Of a stretch of DNA of 64,000 nt, positions 8,711 through 19,553 are shown in pieces. The notes under the pieces were generated by a model, which ran no database searches, was not told where the DNA came from, and worked only from the letters and a program-made list of their open reading frames with translations. The stretch is from assembly GCF_044755465.1 (NCBI RefSeq), contig NZ_JBIVRB010000010.1, positions 27,517 to 91,516 of the forward strand, read 5' to 3'. How positions within the stretch are numbered: position 1 is the first letter of the stretch; each line of letters starts with the position of its first letter. This DNA comes from Streptomyces sp. NPDC092296 (GTDB taxonomy: Bacteria > Actinomycetota > Actinomycetes > Streptomycetales > Streptomycetaceae). Both the position numbers and the translations under genes were made by a program.

Positions 8711-9865
8711 TCAGGTGAGCTTGCCGCTGGCGAAGCCCTGGTAGACGTTGAGACGCTGCATCGCGCTGGTCCCCTCGATGAACTCCAGCGACCGCGCGTC
8801 CCGGGCCAGCTTGTCCAACAGCGGATGGTCGAGCCGCGCACCCGGCCCGAAGAGACCGCACGCCGCCAGGGTGGCATCCTCCGCCAGCGCGCTCGCCCGC
8901 AGTTTGGCCGCGGAGGCGAGCGGCCCGCCGTCGGGGCCGCCCGCGTCCACCGCGGCGGCGGCCCGGTGGACCAGCCGCCGGGTGGCGTCGACCCGCCGCT
9001 CCAACTGCTCCAGCCGGTCGTGCTCGCCCGTGCGGAGCGGGCCGCGATGGGCGCGGACGTACTCCAGCGCGGCGCGGGCCATGCCCACGCCGATCGCCGC
9101 CACCCCCGGCCGCAGCCGGTTGAAGGTCTGGATGAAGGCCCAGGTGCCACGGCGGCTCGGCGGGAGGTGGCGGCCGAGCAGCCGCTCCTCGGGGATCTCC
9201 ACGCCGTCCAGCTCCACCGCGCTGATACACGCTCCGCGCAGCCCGATGGTCGGCAGGACCTCGGCCCGGTAGCCCGGCACCGCCGTCTCGGTGAGCACCG
9301 CGACCACGCCCAGCGGCCCCGGCCGGTTGCGGGCGAAGACCACGCCGAGCTGCGCTCGGGCCGCGTTGCCGACGAAGCGCTTGGCCCCGGTCAGCAGCGC
9401 CCCGCCGTCACCGGCGGGACGCAGGGCGGTCCGCATGGCGCTGGCGTCCGAGCCGTTGTCGGGCTCGGTGAGCGCGAAGAAGGTCCACAGGGGCTCGGCG
9501 AGCATCCGCCCGTAGAACCACTCCTTCTGCTGCTTGTCCGCCAGCAGCCCCACCAGGACGCCGGCCAGCAGCGGCCCCGGGGAGGCGACCAGGACACCGG
9601 CGTCGGCGCAGGACAGCTCCTCCATGATGACCGCGCGTTCCACGGCCCGGGTGCCGTGGAAGCGGTGCCCGGCGATCGGCTCGGGGTCGTTCCCGTACTC
9701 CGCCGGGATGCCCATGGTGGCGAGGTAGCGGACGGCGGGCAGGTCGAACCAGCCGCGCACCGCCGCGGGGTCGCGGTCCAGCTCCAGCGCTCGGGCGCGG
9801 AAGTCCCGCCCCCACTCCCGGAACTGCCCGCGCAGCGCGGTCAGGGGTCCGTCGAGTTCCGGCAC
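8711..9865 (-). CDS. Acyl-CoA dehydrogenase family flavoprotein (possibly ACP-substrate dehydrogenase/oxygenase)
   Basis: The true start is probably GTG at 9865 (SD GAGGAGGA upstream), giving about 385 aa VPELDGPLTALRGQFREW... with the ACAD middle and C-terminal domains (..FALTEPDNGSDA.., ..RLEFIEGTSAMQRL..). The track's 433-aa version has an Arg-rich, over-extended N-terminus. Confidence 0.75.
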   Translation of the reverse strand: MPELDGPLTALRGQFREWGRDFRARALELDRDPAAVRGWFDLPAVRYLATMGIPAEYGNDPEPIAGHRFHGTRAVERAVIMEELSCADAGVLVASPGPLLAGVLVGLLADKQQKEWFYGRMLAEPLWTFFALTEPDNGSDASAMRTALRPAGDGGALLTGAKRFVGNAARAQLGVVFARNRPGPLGVVAVLTETAVPGYRAEVLPTIGLRGACISAVELDGVEIPEERLLGRHLPPSRRGTWAFIQTFNRLRPGVAAIGVGMARAALEYVRAHRGPLRTGEHDRLEQLERRVDATRRLVHRAAAAVDAGGPDGGPLASAAKLRASALAEDATLAACGLFGPGARLDHPLLDKLARDARSLEFIEGTSAMQRLNVYQGFASGKLT

Positions 9866-9879
9866 GTCTCCTCCTCGGT

Positions 9880-10587
9880 TCAGCCGCAGCCGCCGGCGTG
9901 TCCCTCTTCGGAGGAGGGGCCGACGGAGCCGGGGCCGGACGGTACGGGCAGTGACTCCGCGCCGGGTGTCTGCGCGCGCAGATGCGCGACGAAGTCCGGC
10001 AGGCGGTCCCACCCCCAGAAGCGGTTGAACCCCTGAACGAAGAAGGGCACCCCGAAGACCCCGTCCCGGCAGAGATCGAGCAGCAGCCCGGCGCCCTGCT
10101 CGCGCAGGTCCGGGTCGGTCGCGGCCCCGGCGGTCTCCTCGGGGTCGAGGCCGAGTTCGGCCCCGAGCTCACCGACCACCGCCGGATCGCAGATGTTGCG
10201 GCCCTCCTCCCAGCGGGCCCGGTAGGCGGCGGCCACGAACTCCCGGCCCAGACCCTCCCTGCGGGCGACCAGGTAGGCGAGGTGCGGAACCTCCCAGACC
10301 GGCTCCCGGTCGACGGGCCACACCACCCGCCGGCCCAGCCGCTCCGCGAGCCGGCCGACGTCCTGGAGGATGTAGAGGTGCTTGGCACGCGACATCGGCA
10401 CATAGGGGAAGGCGCCCCCCAGCTCGATGAGCCGGGCGGCACTCTTCTCGTCCGGCTCCCAGAAGGGCCGCCACTCCACCTGCTCCGCGACATCGGGGTG
10501 GTGCTCCAGCAACTCCCGGTGCGCCAGCCAGGAGTAGGGACTGCGCAGCGAGAAGTAGTAGCGCGGCTGCCTCGGCTTCCTGCCCAT
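9880..10587 (-). CDS. DsbA-like thioredoxin-fold protein of the 2-hydroxychromene-2-carboxylate isomerase family
   Basis: The 235-aa protein has an N-terminus RYYFSLRSPYSWLA typical of HCCA-isomerase/DsbA-like proteins. Its ATG overlaps the fabG stop (ATGA). Confidence 0.7.
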   Translation of the reverse strand: MGRKPRQPRYYFSLRSPYSWLAHRELLEHHPDVAEQVEWRPFWEPDEKSAARLIELGGAFPYVPMSRAKHLYILQDVGRLAERLGRRVVWPVDREPVWEVPHLAYLVARREGLGREFVAAAYRARWEEGRNICDPAVVGELGAELGLDPEETAGAATDPDLREQGAGLLLDLCRDGVFGVPFFVQGFNRFWGWDRLPDFVAHLRAQTPGAESLPVPSGPGSVGPSSEEGHAGGCG

Positions 10588-11336
10588 CAGAGCACCAACC
10601 CGCCATCCACGCCGAAGACCTGGCCGGTGATGTAGGAGGCGCGGTCGGAGGCGAGGAAGGACACCAGGTCCGCGACCTCCTCGGGCCGTCCGAAGCGGCC
10701 GAGGGGAATCCGCTCGGTCATCCTGCCGACGTGGTCCGGCGACAGGGAGGCGGTCATGTCGGTGTCGATGAAGCCGGGCGCCACCACATTGGCCCGGATG
10801 CCCCGTGGGCCGACCTCCTTGGCCAGCGCTTTGGTGAAGCCGATGATCCCCGCCTTGGAGGCCGAGTAGTTCGACTGGGTGGCGTGCCCGTGGACGCCGG
10901 CGATCGAGGACATCGTGATCAGCGCCCCGGTGCGGCGCTTCATCATCGCGAACACCGCCGAGCGGCAGACGTGGTAGGTCCCGTCGAGGTTGGTGCGCAG
11001 CACCGCCGACCAGTCCGCCTCCGGCAGCAGGACCAGCGGATTGTCGCGCACCAGCCCGGCGTTGGGGACCGCCACGTGCACCGGCCCGAGCTCCCGCTCG
11101 GTCCGCTTGACGAAGGCGTCCACCTCGGCGGCCTGCGCCACGTCCACCCGGCAGGCGAGCACCGAGGCTCCGAAGGCCGCGAACTCCTTCGCGGCGGCCT
11201 CCGCGGCCGCTTCGTCCGCCCGGTAGCAGAAGGCGATGTCATAGCCGTCCTGTGCGAGTCGGGCCGCCACACTGCGCCCTATCCCGCGTGATCCGCCCGT
11301 GATGAGTGCGACCGGGCGCTCTCCCTGGGATGCCAT
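10587..11336 (-). CDS. fabG: 3-oxoacyl-ACP reductase (SDR, FabG-like)
   Basis: The 249-aa protein [24 protein letters not shown]... has the NAG motif, YSASKAG catalytic tetrad residues and a C-terminal GQVFGVDGG. Its ATG overlaps the upstream stop (ATGA). Confidence 0.9.
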   Translation of the reverse strand: MASQGERPVALITGGSRGIGRSVAARLAQDGYDIAFCYRADEAAAEAAAKEFAAFGASVLACRVDVAQAAEVDAFVKRTERELGPVHVAVPNAGLVRDNPLVLLPEADWSAVLRTNLDGTYHVCRSAVFAMMKRRTGALITMSSIAGVHGHATQSNYSASKAGIIGFTKALAKEVGPRGIRANVVAPGFIDTDMTASLSPDHVGRMTERIPLGRFGRPEEVADLVSFLASDRASYITGQVFGVDGGLVL

Positions 11337-11866
11337 CAGTTCTCCTCTCCTTGCCCGACCGACGCGCCCGAGGCACCGTACGCATCGTCCGGCCCGTCGC
11401 CGCGCAGCGTCTCCGCCGGGCGCAGCGCTATGGTCATCTCGTCGATCTCCAGCAGCAGCCGGCCCTCGCAGCGGGTCTCGCCGGTCAGGATCGCGGTGCC
11501 ACCCAGGTCGCGGAGGAGCCGGACCTCGTGCTCCACCAGCTGCCCCGGCCAGGCCGCGCCGCTCACCCGGACCCCCTTCAGGCCGGCCAGCAGTGCGACC
11601 GTGCCGGTGAGCACATCCGGGTTGGGCCGCTCCCAGCAGACCAGCAGCACCGCCGCCTGAGCCCAGGACTCCAGCAGCCAGCCCGTCGGGTAGGCATGGC
11701 GGCCGGGGGCCGCGTCCTCCTCGATGCCCGCGTAGCAGGGCTCCGCCGCGCTGACCGCCTTGCGTGCGCGCAGCCGCGTGCCCGGTTCCACCTCGACCAC
11801 CTGGTCCACCAGCAGGACCGGGTGGCGGTGCGGCACCACCCGCCGGATCTCGGCGACGCCGATCAC
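11336..11866 (-). CDS. FabZ-like hotdog-fold 3-hydroxyacyl-ACP dehydratase (subunit 2)
   Basis: The 176-aa protein starts at GTG with SD GGGGGAGGG. It contains [19 protein letters not shown] (FabZ-like LPHRxPFLLVDRV), with [17 protein letters not shown] in place of the QGHFPG..PGVL region. Confidence 0.7.
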   Translation of the reverse strand: MIGVAEIRRVVPHRHPVLLVDQVVEVEPGTRLRARKAVSAAEPCYAGIEEDAAPGRHAYPTGWLLESWAQAAVLLVCWERPNPDVLTGTVALLAGLKGVRVSGAAWPGQLVEHEVRLLRDLGGTAILTGETRCEGRLLLEIDEMTIALRPAETLRGDGPDDAYGASGASVGQGEEN

Positions 11867-12363
11867 GGGCCCTCCCCCGAAGAAACAACGCCCGAAGAAA
11901 CAACGCCCGAAGAAACAACGCCCGGAGAGACGACGCCCGGACAGGCGCTGGGCGGAGAGAGGCTGGGCGGATAGACGATGCGCAGCTTCGCCACCGGTCC
12001 GTGCGGGCCGTCGAGTCGGACGGCGGCCCGGGTGCCGCCCTCGGTCTCCTCGACCACGGCCTCCAGCCGGAGCCGCTCCTGCGGACGCACCGGCGCCAGG
12101 AATCTGGCCCGCTCCAGCAGCAGCGGCTGCTCCGGCTCCCGCCCGAGCGACCGGCACAGCAGGGTGTGCACCCGCTGGACCATGAAGAGTCCTGGGACCA
12201 GGGCGAACCCGGGGTAGTGACCGGCCTGGACGGCATCGTCCGGCCCCACCGCTCCGGCGCCGCGCAGGACCGTCCGGCCGTCGGTCTCCGCCGGCTCCAG
12301 CCGGTCCAGCGGCGGCACCGGTACGGCGGCCCGCTGCCCCGCGTCAGCCGGCCAGGACCGCAC
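11863..12363 (-). CDS. FabZ/FabA-like hotdog dehydratase (subunit 1) with C-terminal (GVVSS)n repeat tail
   Basis: The 166-aa protein contains [18 protein letters not shown], the FabZ QGHFPG.P..PGVL catalytic motif. Its stop overlaps the downstream GTG (GTGA). The C-terminal [25 protein letters not shown] tail is encoded by 15-bp tandem repeats. The start is uncertain (GTG at 12363 or downstream). Confidence 0.6.
   Translation of the reverse strand: MRSWPADAGQRAAVPVPPLDRLEPAETDGRTVLRGAGAVGPDDAVQAGHYPGFALVPGLFMVQRVHTLLCRSLGREPEQPLLLERARFLAPVRPQERLRLEAVVEETEGGTRAAVRLDGPHGPVAKLRIVYPPSLSPPSACPGVVSPGVVSSGVVSSGVVSSGEGP
11878..11945 (-). repeat. 15-bp tandem repeat (gaagaaacaacgccc x3 plus a variant) within the 3' end of the hotdog dehydratase gene
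   Basis: Direct reading shows gaagaaacaacgccc gaagaaacaacgccc gaagaaacaacgccc ggagagacgacgccc. The repeat is in frame and encodes GVVSS repeats on the minus strand. Confidence 0.85.
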
Positions 12364-13456
12364 AGCCGACCATCCCGTCGCGGTCGATGCCGGTCACCAG
12401 CGCCACCTCACCGGGGGCCAGGACCCCCTGGTCGGCGGCGGCGAGCACGGCGGCCACCTGGACGGCCGTGGAGGCGGCCGAGGTGTCGCCGAGCAGGTCG
12501 CGGCAGTCCAGTACCCGGGACGGCGCGGCTCCCAGCGCGGCGGCCACGGCCGCCGTCTCCGTCTCCGCGTCCAGCGGGGCGAGCAGCCGGACGCGGTCCG
12601 CCGCGACACCGGCCCGGTCGAGGGCCGAGCGTACGCACTCCGTCAGCGCCTGCGCCGCCCCGCCCGGCCGGTGGTGGGCGCGGAACCGCACGCCGAGCAG
12701 GCGCGCCGAGGGCCTGCGGCCGGTCGTCGGCGTCGTCTCCTCGGCCTCCAGGAGGGCGACCGCCGCGGCTTCGCCGAGCACCCGGGGTTCCGCCGCCGCG
12801 GCCTCCTCCAGCCGGTGGCGCCGCACCGAGTACTCCTCGGCCGCTCCGCAGATCACCTGCTCGCAGTGGCCGCCCCGGTAGAGCCGGGAGGCGTACCCGA
12901 GGACGTGCAGACCGGTCAGGCTGCCCCCGGCCACGGTGCTGTTCGGTCCCTTGATGCCGTGCCAGATCGCGCTCTGGCCGGCGGCGCGGTTCATCACCGT
13001 GTTGGGAAAGCGGGCCGGGTCCACGTGGTAGGGCTTCTCCCCGGTCAGCGCGGACTCGGTGAAGTCCATGATGCTCTGGACGCTGCCGTGGCCGGTCCCC
13101 AGCACCAGCCCGACCCGCTCCGGCCGAACCAGCAGCTGCGGACCGCAGTCGGTGAGCAGCCGGTCCACCGCCGTCACCGCCAGCGCGGTGACCCGGTCCA
13201 TGGTGCGGGTGCCCTTGCGGCCGAGCGCTTCGGCGGCGCTGAAGCCCGGCACCACCCCACCGCGCCCCGGGACGCCGGGGAGCGGCCCCGGGCCCAGCTC
13301 CGCCAGGGCGCTGCGGCCCGCCAGCACGCCGGCGCCGAAGGCCGCGCCGCCCACGCCGTACGGGGTGACGGCGGACCAGGCGGTGAGCACCAGCCGGGCC
13401 GTCGCACGCCCCTCGGCGCCGCCGACCGGCGGCGCCGAGGGGGCCGCCGCCGTCAC
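12344..13456 (-). CDS. Ketosynthase-like protein lacking the active-site Cys (KS-beta / chain-length-factor-like)
   Basis: The 370-aa protein has a KS N-terminus ([15 protein letters not shown]). The GP....TACSSSL position reads [14 protein letters not shown], so no Cys is present. It starts at GTG in a GTGA overlap with the upstream thioesterase stop. Confidence 0.8.
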   Translation of the reverse strand: MTAAAPSAPPVGGAEGRATARLVLTAWSAVTPYGVGGAAFGAGVLAGRSALAELGPGPLPGVPGRGGVVPGFSAAEALGRKGTRTMDRVTALAVTAVDRLLTDCGPQLLVRPERVGLVLGTGHGSVQSIMDFTESALTGEKPYHVDPARFPNTVMNRAAGQSAIWHGIKGPNSTVAGGSLTGLHVLGYASRLYRGGHCEQVICGAAEEYSVRRHRLEEAAAAEPRVLGEAAAVALLEAEETTPTTGRRPSARLLGVRFRAHHRPGGAAQALTECVRSALDRAGVAADRVRLLAPLDAETETAAVAAALGAAPSRVLDCRDLLGDTSAASTAVQVAAVLAAADQGVLAPGEVALVTGIDRDGMVGCAVLAG

Positions 13457-14414
13457 CGGTTGCCCCGGCCGGTGATCCGCCCGGCCTTCCCGTGCAGGGC
13501 GTCGGTCAGGCGGTCGTCGAAGTCGACCAGGCTCCAGTCACGGCGGTTGCCGATGACGGCCCAGCCGTGGGTGATCTTCCCGGTCGCCGTCTGCACCAGC
13601 CTGCCGTCGCGTACGACGTAGCAGTCCATCCGCGCGGTGTAGGTGTACCGCTTGAAGACGTTCTCCACGGTGAAGACGGTGTGGACGGTCTCCTCCATGC
13701 GCGCCTCGTCGAGGATCTCGATCCGCGAGTGCGGGACGACCGGTATCCAGTCCTGCTCGTCGAGCAGCGTCTTGATGGAGACGCCCCGGTCCTGGAGGAA
13801 GAGGTCCACGACCTCCTCCATCAGGCGCAGATAGCCCGACATCTGCACCCGCTCGGTGAAGTGGCAGTAGAAGTACGGCATCCGCCAGGACCAGCCGAAG
13901 GCGTTCTGGCCCTCGACCAGCTGCGCGAGCGGGTCGGCACCGGTCACCTCGGCCGACTCCGCCTGCTCGTCGGTCCCCAGCCGGTCGACCACATAGGGCG
14001 CCAGCTGCGCCGGCGGCTGCTCGGCCGCGTGGCCCCGGGGGTCGAGCCGCAGCTGCACGGTGGCCTTGGAGACCACGGCCCTGATCCGCTCGCCATCGCG
14101 GTCCACGGTCAGCTCCACGGCGAACCGCAGCTCGTCGCCCGGCACCCGCCGGACGGTGGCGGAGGCGACGTCATCGATGTGGAAGGCGGTCAGGATCTTG
14201 GTGTCGATCCGGGTGATGTCGGTGCCGATGCCGAACCGCTCGTAGAGCGCGCCGGCCGGATGGCCCTGCTGGCGCAGGTGGTCGTAGATCGCCTCTTCGA
14301 CCATGTAGTTGACGTGCTTGAACCCGATCCAGGTGCAGATGTTCGAGCCTTCGTAGCGGGGGCGGAGTTCCGTCGTGGTGATCGGTTCCGCTGCGGTGAC
14401 GGTGCTCTGGCTCA

Positions 14415-14415
<1 letters not shown>
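13453..14415 (-). CDS. Tandem hotdog-fold thioesterase-like protein (4HBT-like double hotdog)
   Basis: The 320-aa protein has two hotdog-like halves (ICTWIGFKHVNYMVEEAIYDHL and MPYFYCHFTERVQMSGYLRLMEEV). Its ATG is in an ATGA overlap with the hydrolase stop. Confidence 0.6.
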
Positions 14416-15283
<868 letters not shown>

Positions 15284-15287
<4 letters not shown>

Positions 15288-16543
15288 CGTTCCGGCTCGT
15301 AGCGGCCGAGGATCAGCACCGCGTTGTTGCCCGCGAAGGCCAGGGCGTTGTTCTGCACGATGCGGACATCGGCCTGGCGCGCCTGGTTGGGCACCGGGTC
15401 GATACCGCACTCCTCGTCCGTCGTCCGGTGGTTGATGGTCGGCGGGATGAACCCCTCCGTGATGGCCAGCGCGCACGCGGCCGAGGCCAGCGCACTGGCC
15501 GCGCCCATGGTGTGCCCGAGCATTCCCTTCACCGAGACGGTCGGCGGCGCGTCGCTGAAGACCTGCCGGATCGCCCCGGCCTCAGTGACGTCATTGGCCT
15601 TGGTCCCGGTGCCGTGCGCGGAGATGAAGTCGATCTGCTCCGGCTTCACCCCGGCGTTGCGGTGGGCGAGCTCCATGCAGCGGGCGAGGCTGTCCCGGTC
15701 CGGTGCGACCGGATGGCTGGCGTCGCAGTTCAGGCCGTAGCCCAGCACCTCCGCGTAGATGCGGGCGCCGCGCCGCCGGGCGGACTCCAGGCTCTCCAGC
15801 AGCAGGATGCCGCCGCCTTCACCGGTGAGGATGCCCTTCCGGTCGCTGTCGAACGGGCGGCAGACATCCGGTGCGATGGTCCCCAGCCGGTAGAAGCCGG
15901 TGAAGGTCTTCCGGCAGACCGCGTCGGCGCCGCCGCACAGCGCCATGTCGACCTCACCCGCCCGGATGGCGTCGTAGCCCGACCCGATGGCGTAGTTGCC
16001 GGCCGCGCAGGCGGTCGGGATGGTGACGGCCTCCGCGTCGACCAGTTCGAGTTCGCGCACGATGCCGCTGGAGAGTGCGCCGGCCGAGGCCCGGCGCGCC
16101 ACCCGCCCGTCGACGGGCTCCCCGGCGAGCTGCCGCGCCACCAGCTCGTCCAGGTCCCTGGACTCCCCGTCGGTGGTGCCGACGGAGACCAGCACCGCGC
16201 GGCTGCGCAGCTCGTCCAGGCCCAGCCCCGCGTCGTCGACGGCCATGCGGGCCGCCGCGACCGAGAACTGGCTCGCCCGGCCGAGCTCCTCCGGGTCCAG
16301 CACCTCGATCCACCGCGACGGATCGAAGTCGTCGATCTCGCAGCCGTTGGCATGGGCGAATCCGCTGGTGTCGAACGCGGTGATCGGCTTGACCCGGCTG
16401 CGGCCGGAGCGCAGACCCTCCAGGAACTCCGTCACCCCGATGCCGATGCTGGTGACCACCCCGATTCCGGTGACGACCACCCGGTGCGGCCCGTGCCCGC
16501 CGCTCACCGTCTGATCCCCGGTGTGATCCACGGTGTGATCCAC
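15284..16543 (-). CDS. Beta-ketoacyl synthase (KS-alpha, FabF/type II PKS KS)
   Basis: The 419-aa protein has the active-site Cys (TACAAGNYAIG) and the His motifs (SAHGTGT, GHTMGAAS). The GTG start follows SD GAGGAAGG. The N-terminus DHTVDHTG is encoded by a 12-bp tandem repeat. Confidence 0.9.
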
Positions 16544-16579
16544 GGTGTGTCCCCTTCCTCCGCGTCCGATCGGCGTCGG

Positions 16580-16846
16580 CTAATTGGCGGACGCGTCCTC
16601 GACGACGGCCACGACACCCTCCAGATTGACCATGCGGGTGAGCTCGCTCTGGTCGATCTCGACGTTGAAGGTGCGCTCCAAGGAGGAGAGGATCTCGATG
16701 GCCCCGAGGGAGTCGGCGCCGTGGTCCTTGAACAGGCTGGTCCAGGTCACCTCGGCGGGCTCGATCTCCAGGATCTCGCAGACGATCTCCTTGATCTGCG
16801 CGCGCTGCTCGTCGTTCAGCTTCGCGGCGCGATCCGTGGCGGACAT
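16580..16846 (-). CDS. Acyl carrier protein
   Basis: The 88-aa protein contains ..KDHGADSLGAIEILSSLE.., with the DSL phosphopantetheinylation site. It is the first gene of the minus-strand operon. Confidence 0.85.
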   Translation of the reverse strand: MSATDRAAKLNDEQRAQIKEIVCEILEIEPAEVTWTSLFKDHGADSLGAIEILSSLERTFNVEIDQSELTRMVNLEGVVAVVEDASAN

Positions 16847-17175
16847 GTGGCCTCCAGAGAAGAGCAGGTCTGATTACGCCACGATTCTTCGCCGCCGCCC
16901 TGACACAGAGCTGACGCACGACTGACAGTGAGAAACCCGTGGTGGCGCCGCGACCGCTCCGGTCCGTCCGATGCAGACCACCCGGGGCCTCTTGACCTGG
17001 CACCGGACGCGGGATTTGGTTGAGCGGGACGCCGCAAGCCGGACCCGGACCGGCGGCTCCCCTGCGGCCCCCCGACCTGGCGAACCGTCGCGAAGAGAGG
17101 CCCCGTTGGAAGCTTCCGCCTCCCGGCGTTCCGTCCCCGCCGAGCCGCAGCCCGACCGGCCGGACGCCGACGCGC

Positions 17176-17918
17176 TCACCGCCGTGACCCGACGGCTGAC
17201 CGGAGCGCCGCCGCCGGTGACGGCCACCCCTCGGGCGGGCGTGGACCTCTGCCTCCTCGACCTGCGGACGGTCGACGGGACCCGCCTCGACACCTGCGTC
17301 CTGGACGAGGAGGAGCACACCCGCCGACGGAGCCTGCTGCGCAGCGGTGACCGCCGCCGCTTCACGGTGGCTCACATCGCCCTGCGCCGCCTGCTCGCCC
17401 GCCGGATCGGCACGGACGCCCGCTCTCTGGCCTTCACCCGCGAGCCGTGCCCGCTCTGCGCCGGCCCGCACGGCCGTCCTGCGGTGCTGCGGCCGTCGGC
17501 CGAGGTGCACTTCTCCCTCTCCCACGGGGGTGACTTCGTCCTGGTCGGCCTGGCCGACCGGCCGATCGGGGTGGATGTGCAGCCGTTCCCCTCGGGCCTT
17601 CGCCTCAAGGGGATGCTGCGCGCGCTCCACCCGGCCGAGCAGACCGAATTCGCCGCCCTCCCACCGGACGCGGACCCGGCCGCCGCCTTCGCCCGCCTCT
17701 GGTCCCGCAAGGAGGCCTACCTCAAGGCCCTGGGCACCGGACTCGCCCGTGGCCTGTCCACCGACTACCTCGGCACCACCGGCCTTGCCCCCACCCCCCA
17801 GGGCTGGCACATCGCCGACCTCGCACCCGTCTCCTCCCACGCCGCCGCCTACGCCCTCCCCGGCCCCGCACCGGCCGCCCTGCGCATCCGCAGCCTCCCG
17901 GCCGCACTCGTCTACTGA
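17176..17918 (+). CDS. Sfp-type 4'-phosphopantetheinyl transferase
   Basis: The protein carries FSLSHGGDFVLVGLA..GVDVQ and WSRKEAYLKALGTG motifs. The track ORF starts at 16971, and in-frame GTGs near 17176, 17215 and 17239 are more plausible starts, so the start is uncertain. Confidence 0.7.
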
Positions 17919-18055
17919 CCTCTTCGGCTTGCGCGTCGGCCCGCCCCAGCCGGGCCGCTGAGCCGATAGACCGGCCACTGCCGTGACAGGTGTGACTCCG
18001 GGGAAAACATCACTCGTAAGGGTGAACTGACGCTGCGTGGTGACGCGGTGACGGC

Positions 18056-19501
18056 GTGTTCGATCAGGATGGCCGAAGCCCCGCCGCAGCAGTGATGCCT
18101 ACGGCCGGCGGGGTCTCAACGCCATCTGTGGGGGTTTTCCTCTTGTCTTCCGTCTTCTCCGTCATACCCGGCCGCCGCTCTGGCGCGGTGGCCGCGCTCG
18201 CCGCCGGGCTCGTCGTGGCCGGCCTGCCGGCCACCGCCGGTGCCACCGGCACGCCGTCCGGGCACGCCTCGGCCGTCGCCGCCGATGTGCAGCTGGACGT
18301 CAACCTGCTCAACAAGGGCATCGACATCCCGGTGAACGTCTCGCTCAACAAGGTCACCGCGCCCGGCCAGAGCGGCGGCACCCTGCTCACCGCCCGGGTC
18401 GACGGCGTCTCGCAGGGCGCCCCGCTGACCCTGGTCAAGGCCGCCGTCGGTGACACCCGGGCCACCGTGGACGCGTCCGGCGCTCGGGCCTCGGTCCGGC
18501 TGGTCGACGCCGACGTCCATGTGCCGGGTCTGCCCTTCACCTCGCTGCTCGGCCTGCGGACGGTCGAGTCCTCGGTCGACTGCCCGGTGCACGGAGCGCC
18601 CACCGCCGCGTCGAACCTGCTGGGTACGGTCACCGTCCTGGGTCGCAAGGTCACGCTCTCCACCGCCGGTGCCACCCAGGTGACGGTGCCCGGGGTCGGC
18701 GAGGTCTCGCTCGAGCTGTCCAAGCGGTCCACCACCTCGACCACCGCCGCCGCGACCGCGCTGGAGCTGACGGTCTCGGTCAACCCGCTCAAGCTGAACG
18801 TCGCGGAGGTCACCGGGCGGGTCACGGTGGCCGCCGCGAGCTGCCAGAAGCCCGGCACCCCCGCCACGCCGCCGCCCACCGGCCACCCGACGCCGTCGCC
18901 GTCCACGTCGACTGCGCCGGGGTCGACCTCGGAGGGCTCCACCGCCGGCTCCACGGCTGGTTCGACCTCCGGTTCCACTGCCGGGTCCACCGCCGGGTCG
19001 ACGGCTGGTTCGACGGCCGGTTCCACCTCCGGTTCCACTGCCGGGTCGACGGCTGGTTCGACGGCCGGGTCCACCGCCGGGTCGACGGCTGGTTCCTCGG
19101 CCGGTTCCACCTCCGGTTCCACTGCCGGTTCGACGGCTGGCTCGACGGCCGGTTCCTCGGCCGGTTCCACCTCCGGTTCGACGGCCGGTTCCTCGGCTGG
19201 TTCCACCGCCGGGTCTTCCGCAGGCTCGACGGCCGGTACGACCTCCGGCTCGTCCGCAGGTGCGACGTCCGGCGCCTCCTCCGGCGGCCCGACCGCAGGC
19301 GGTACGACCGGGGGCCAGCAGACCGGCGGCCAGCAGACCGGCGGTGCGCCGACCGGCCCGCAGTCCAGCGGCGCCGGCCTGGCCGAGACCGGCAGCAGCG
19401 GCACCCCGCTGATGGCCGGCGGCGCCGCCGCGCTGGTCGCGGCGGGCGTCGGCTCGCTGCTGGTGGCCCGCCGCCGCAAGGGCCGCAAGGCCCGGGGCTG
19501 A
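18056..19501 (+). CDS. Secreted cell-wall-anchored protein (LAETG sortase motif) with long (STAG/SSAG)n low-complexity repeat
   Basis: The protein has a signal-like N-terminus (RRSGAVAALAAGLVVAGLPATAGA) and about 130 residues of GSTA repeats. Its C-terminus is LAETG followed by a hydrophobic stretch and RRRKGRKARG. The start is ambiguous (GTG at 18056 or ATG at 18095). Confidence 0.7.
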   Translation: MFDQDGRSPAAAVMPTAGGVSTPSVGVFLLSSVFSVIPGRRSGAVAALAAGLVVAGLPATAGATGTPSGHASAVAADVQLDVNLLNKGIDIPVNVSLNKVTAPGQSGGTLLTARVDGVSQGAPLTLVKAAVGDTRATVDASGARASVRLVDADVHVPGLPFTSLLGLRTVESSVDCPVHGAPTAASNLLGTVTVLGRKVTLSTAGATQVTVPGVGEVSLELSKRSTTSTTAAATALELTVSVNPLKLNVAEVTGRVTVAAASCQKPGTPATPPPTGHPTPSPSTSTAPGSTSEGSTAGSTAGSTSGSTAGSTAGSTAGSTAGSTSGSTAGSTAGSTAGSTAGSTAGSSAGSTSGSTAGSTAGSTAGSSAGSTSGSTAGSSAGSTAGSSAGSTAGTTSGSSAGATSGASSGGPTAGGTTGGQQTGGQQTGGAPTGPQSSGAGLAETGSSGTPLMAGGAAALVAAGVGSLLVARRRKGRKARG

Positions 19502-19506
19502 GCATC

Positions 19507-19550
19507 GGGTCCGCCCGTCGCCCTGGAGGGGAGGCGGCGGGCGGACCACG
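19507..19550. terminator. Hairpin between convergent genes
   Basis: The inverted repeat is gggtccgcccgtcgcc...ggcggcgggcggacc. Confidence 0.5.
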
Positions 19551-19553
19551 GCC

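Noticed and set aside
10587-12236. 549-aa ORF reported as one gene
   Set aside because: The in-frame upstream extension of fabG is Arg/Gly junk. The real upstream genes, the two hotdog dehydratases, are in other frames with GTGA/ATGA coupling.
16971-17175. Upstream 68-aa extension of the PPTase ORF
   Set aside because: The Sfp-family alignment begins near VDLCLLDL. The extension is Arg/Pro-rich and lies in the divergent promoter region shared with the ACP operon.
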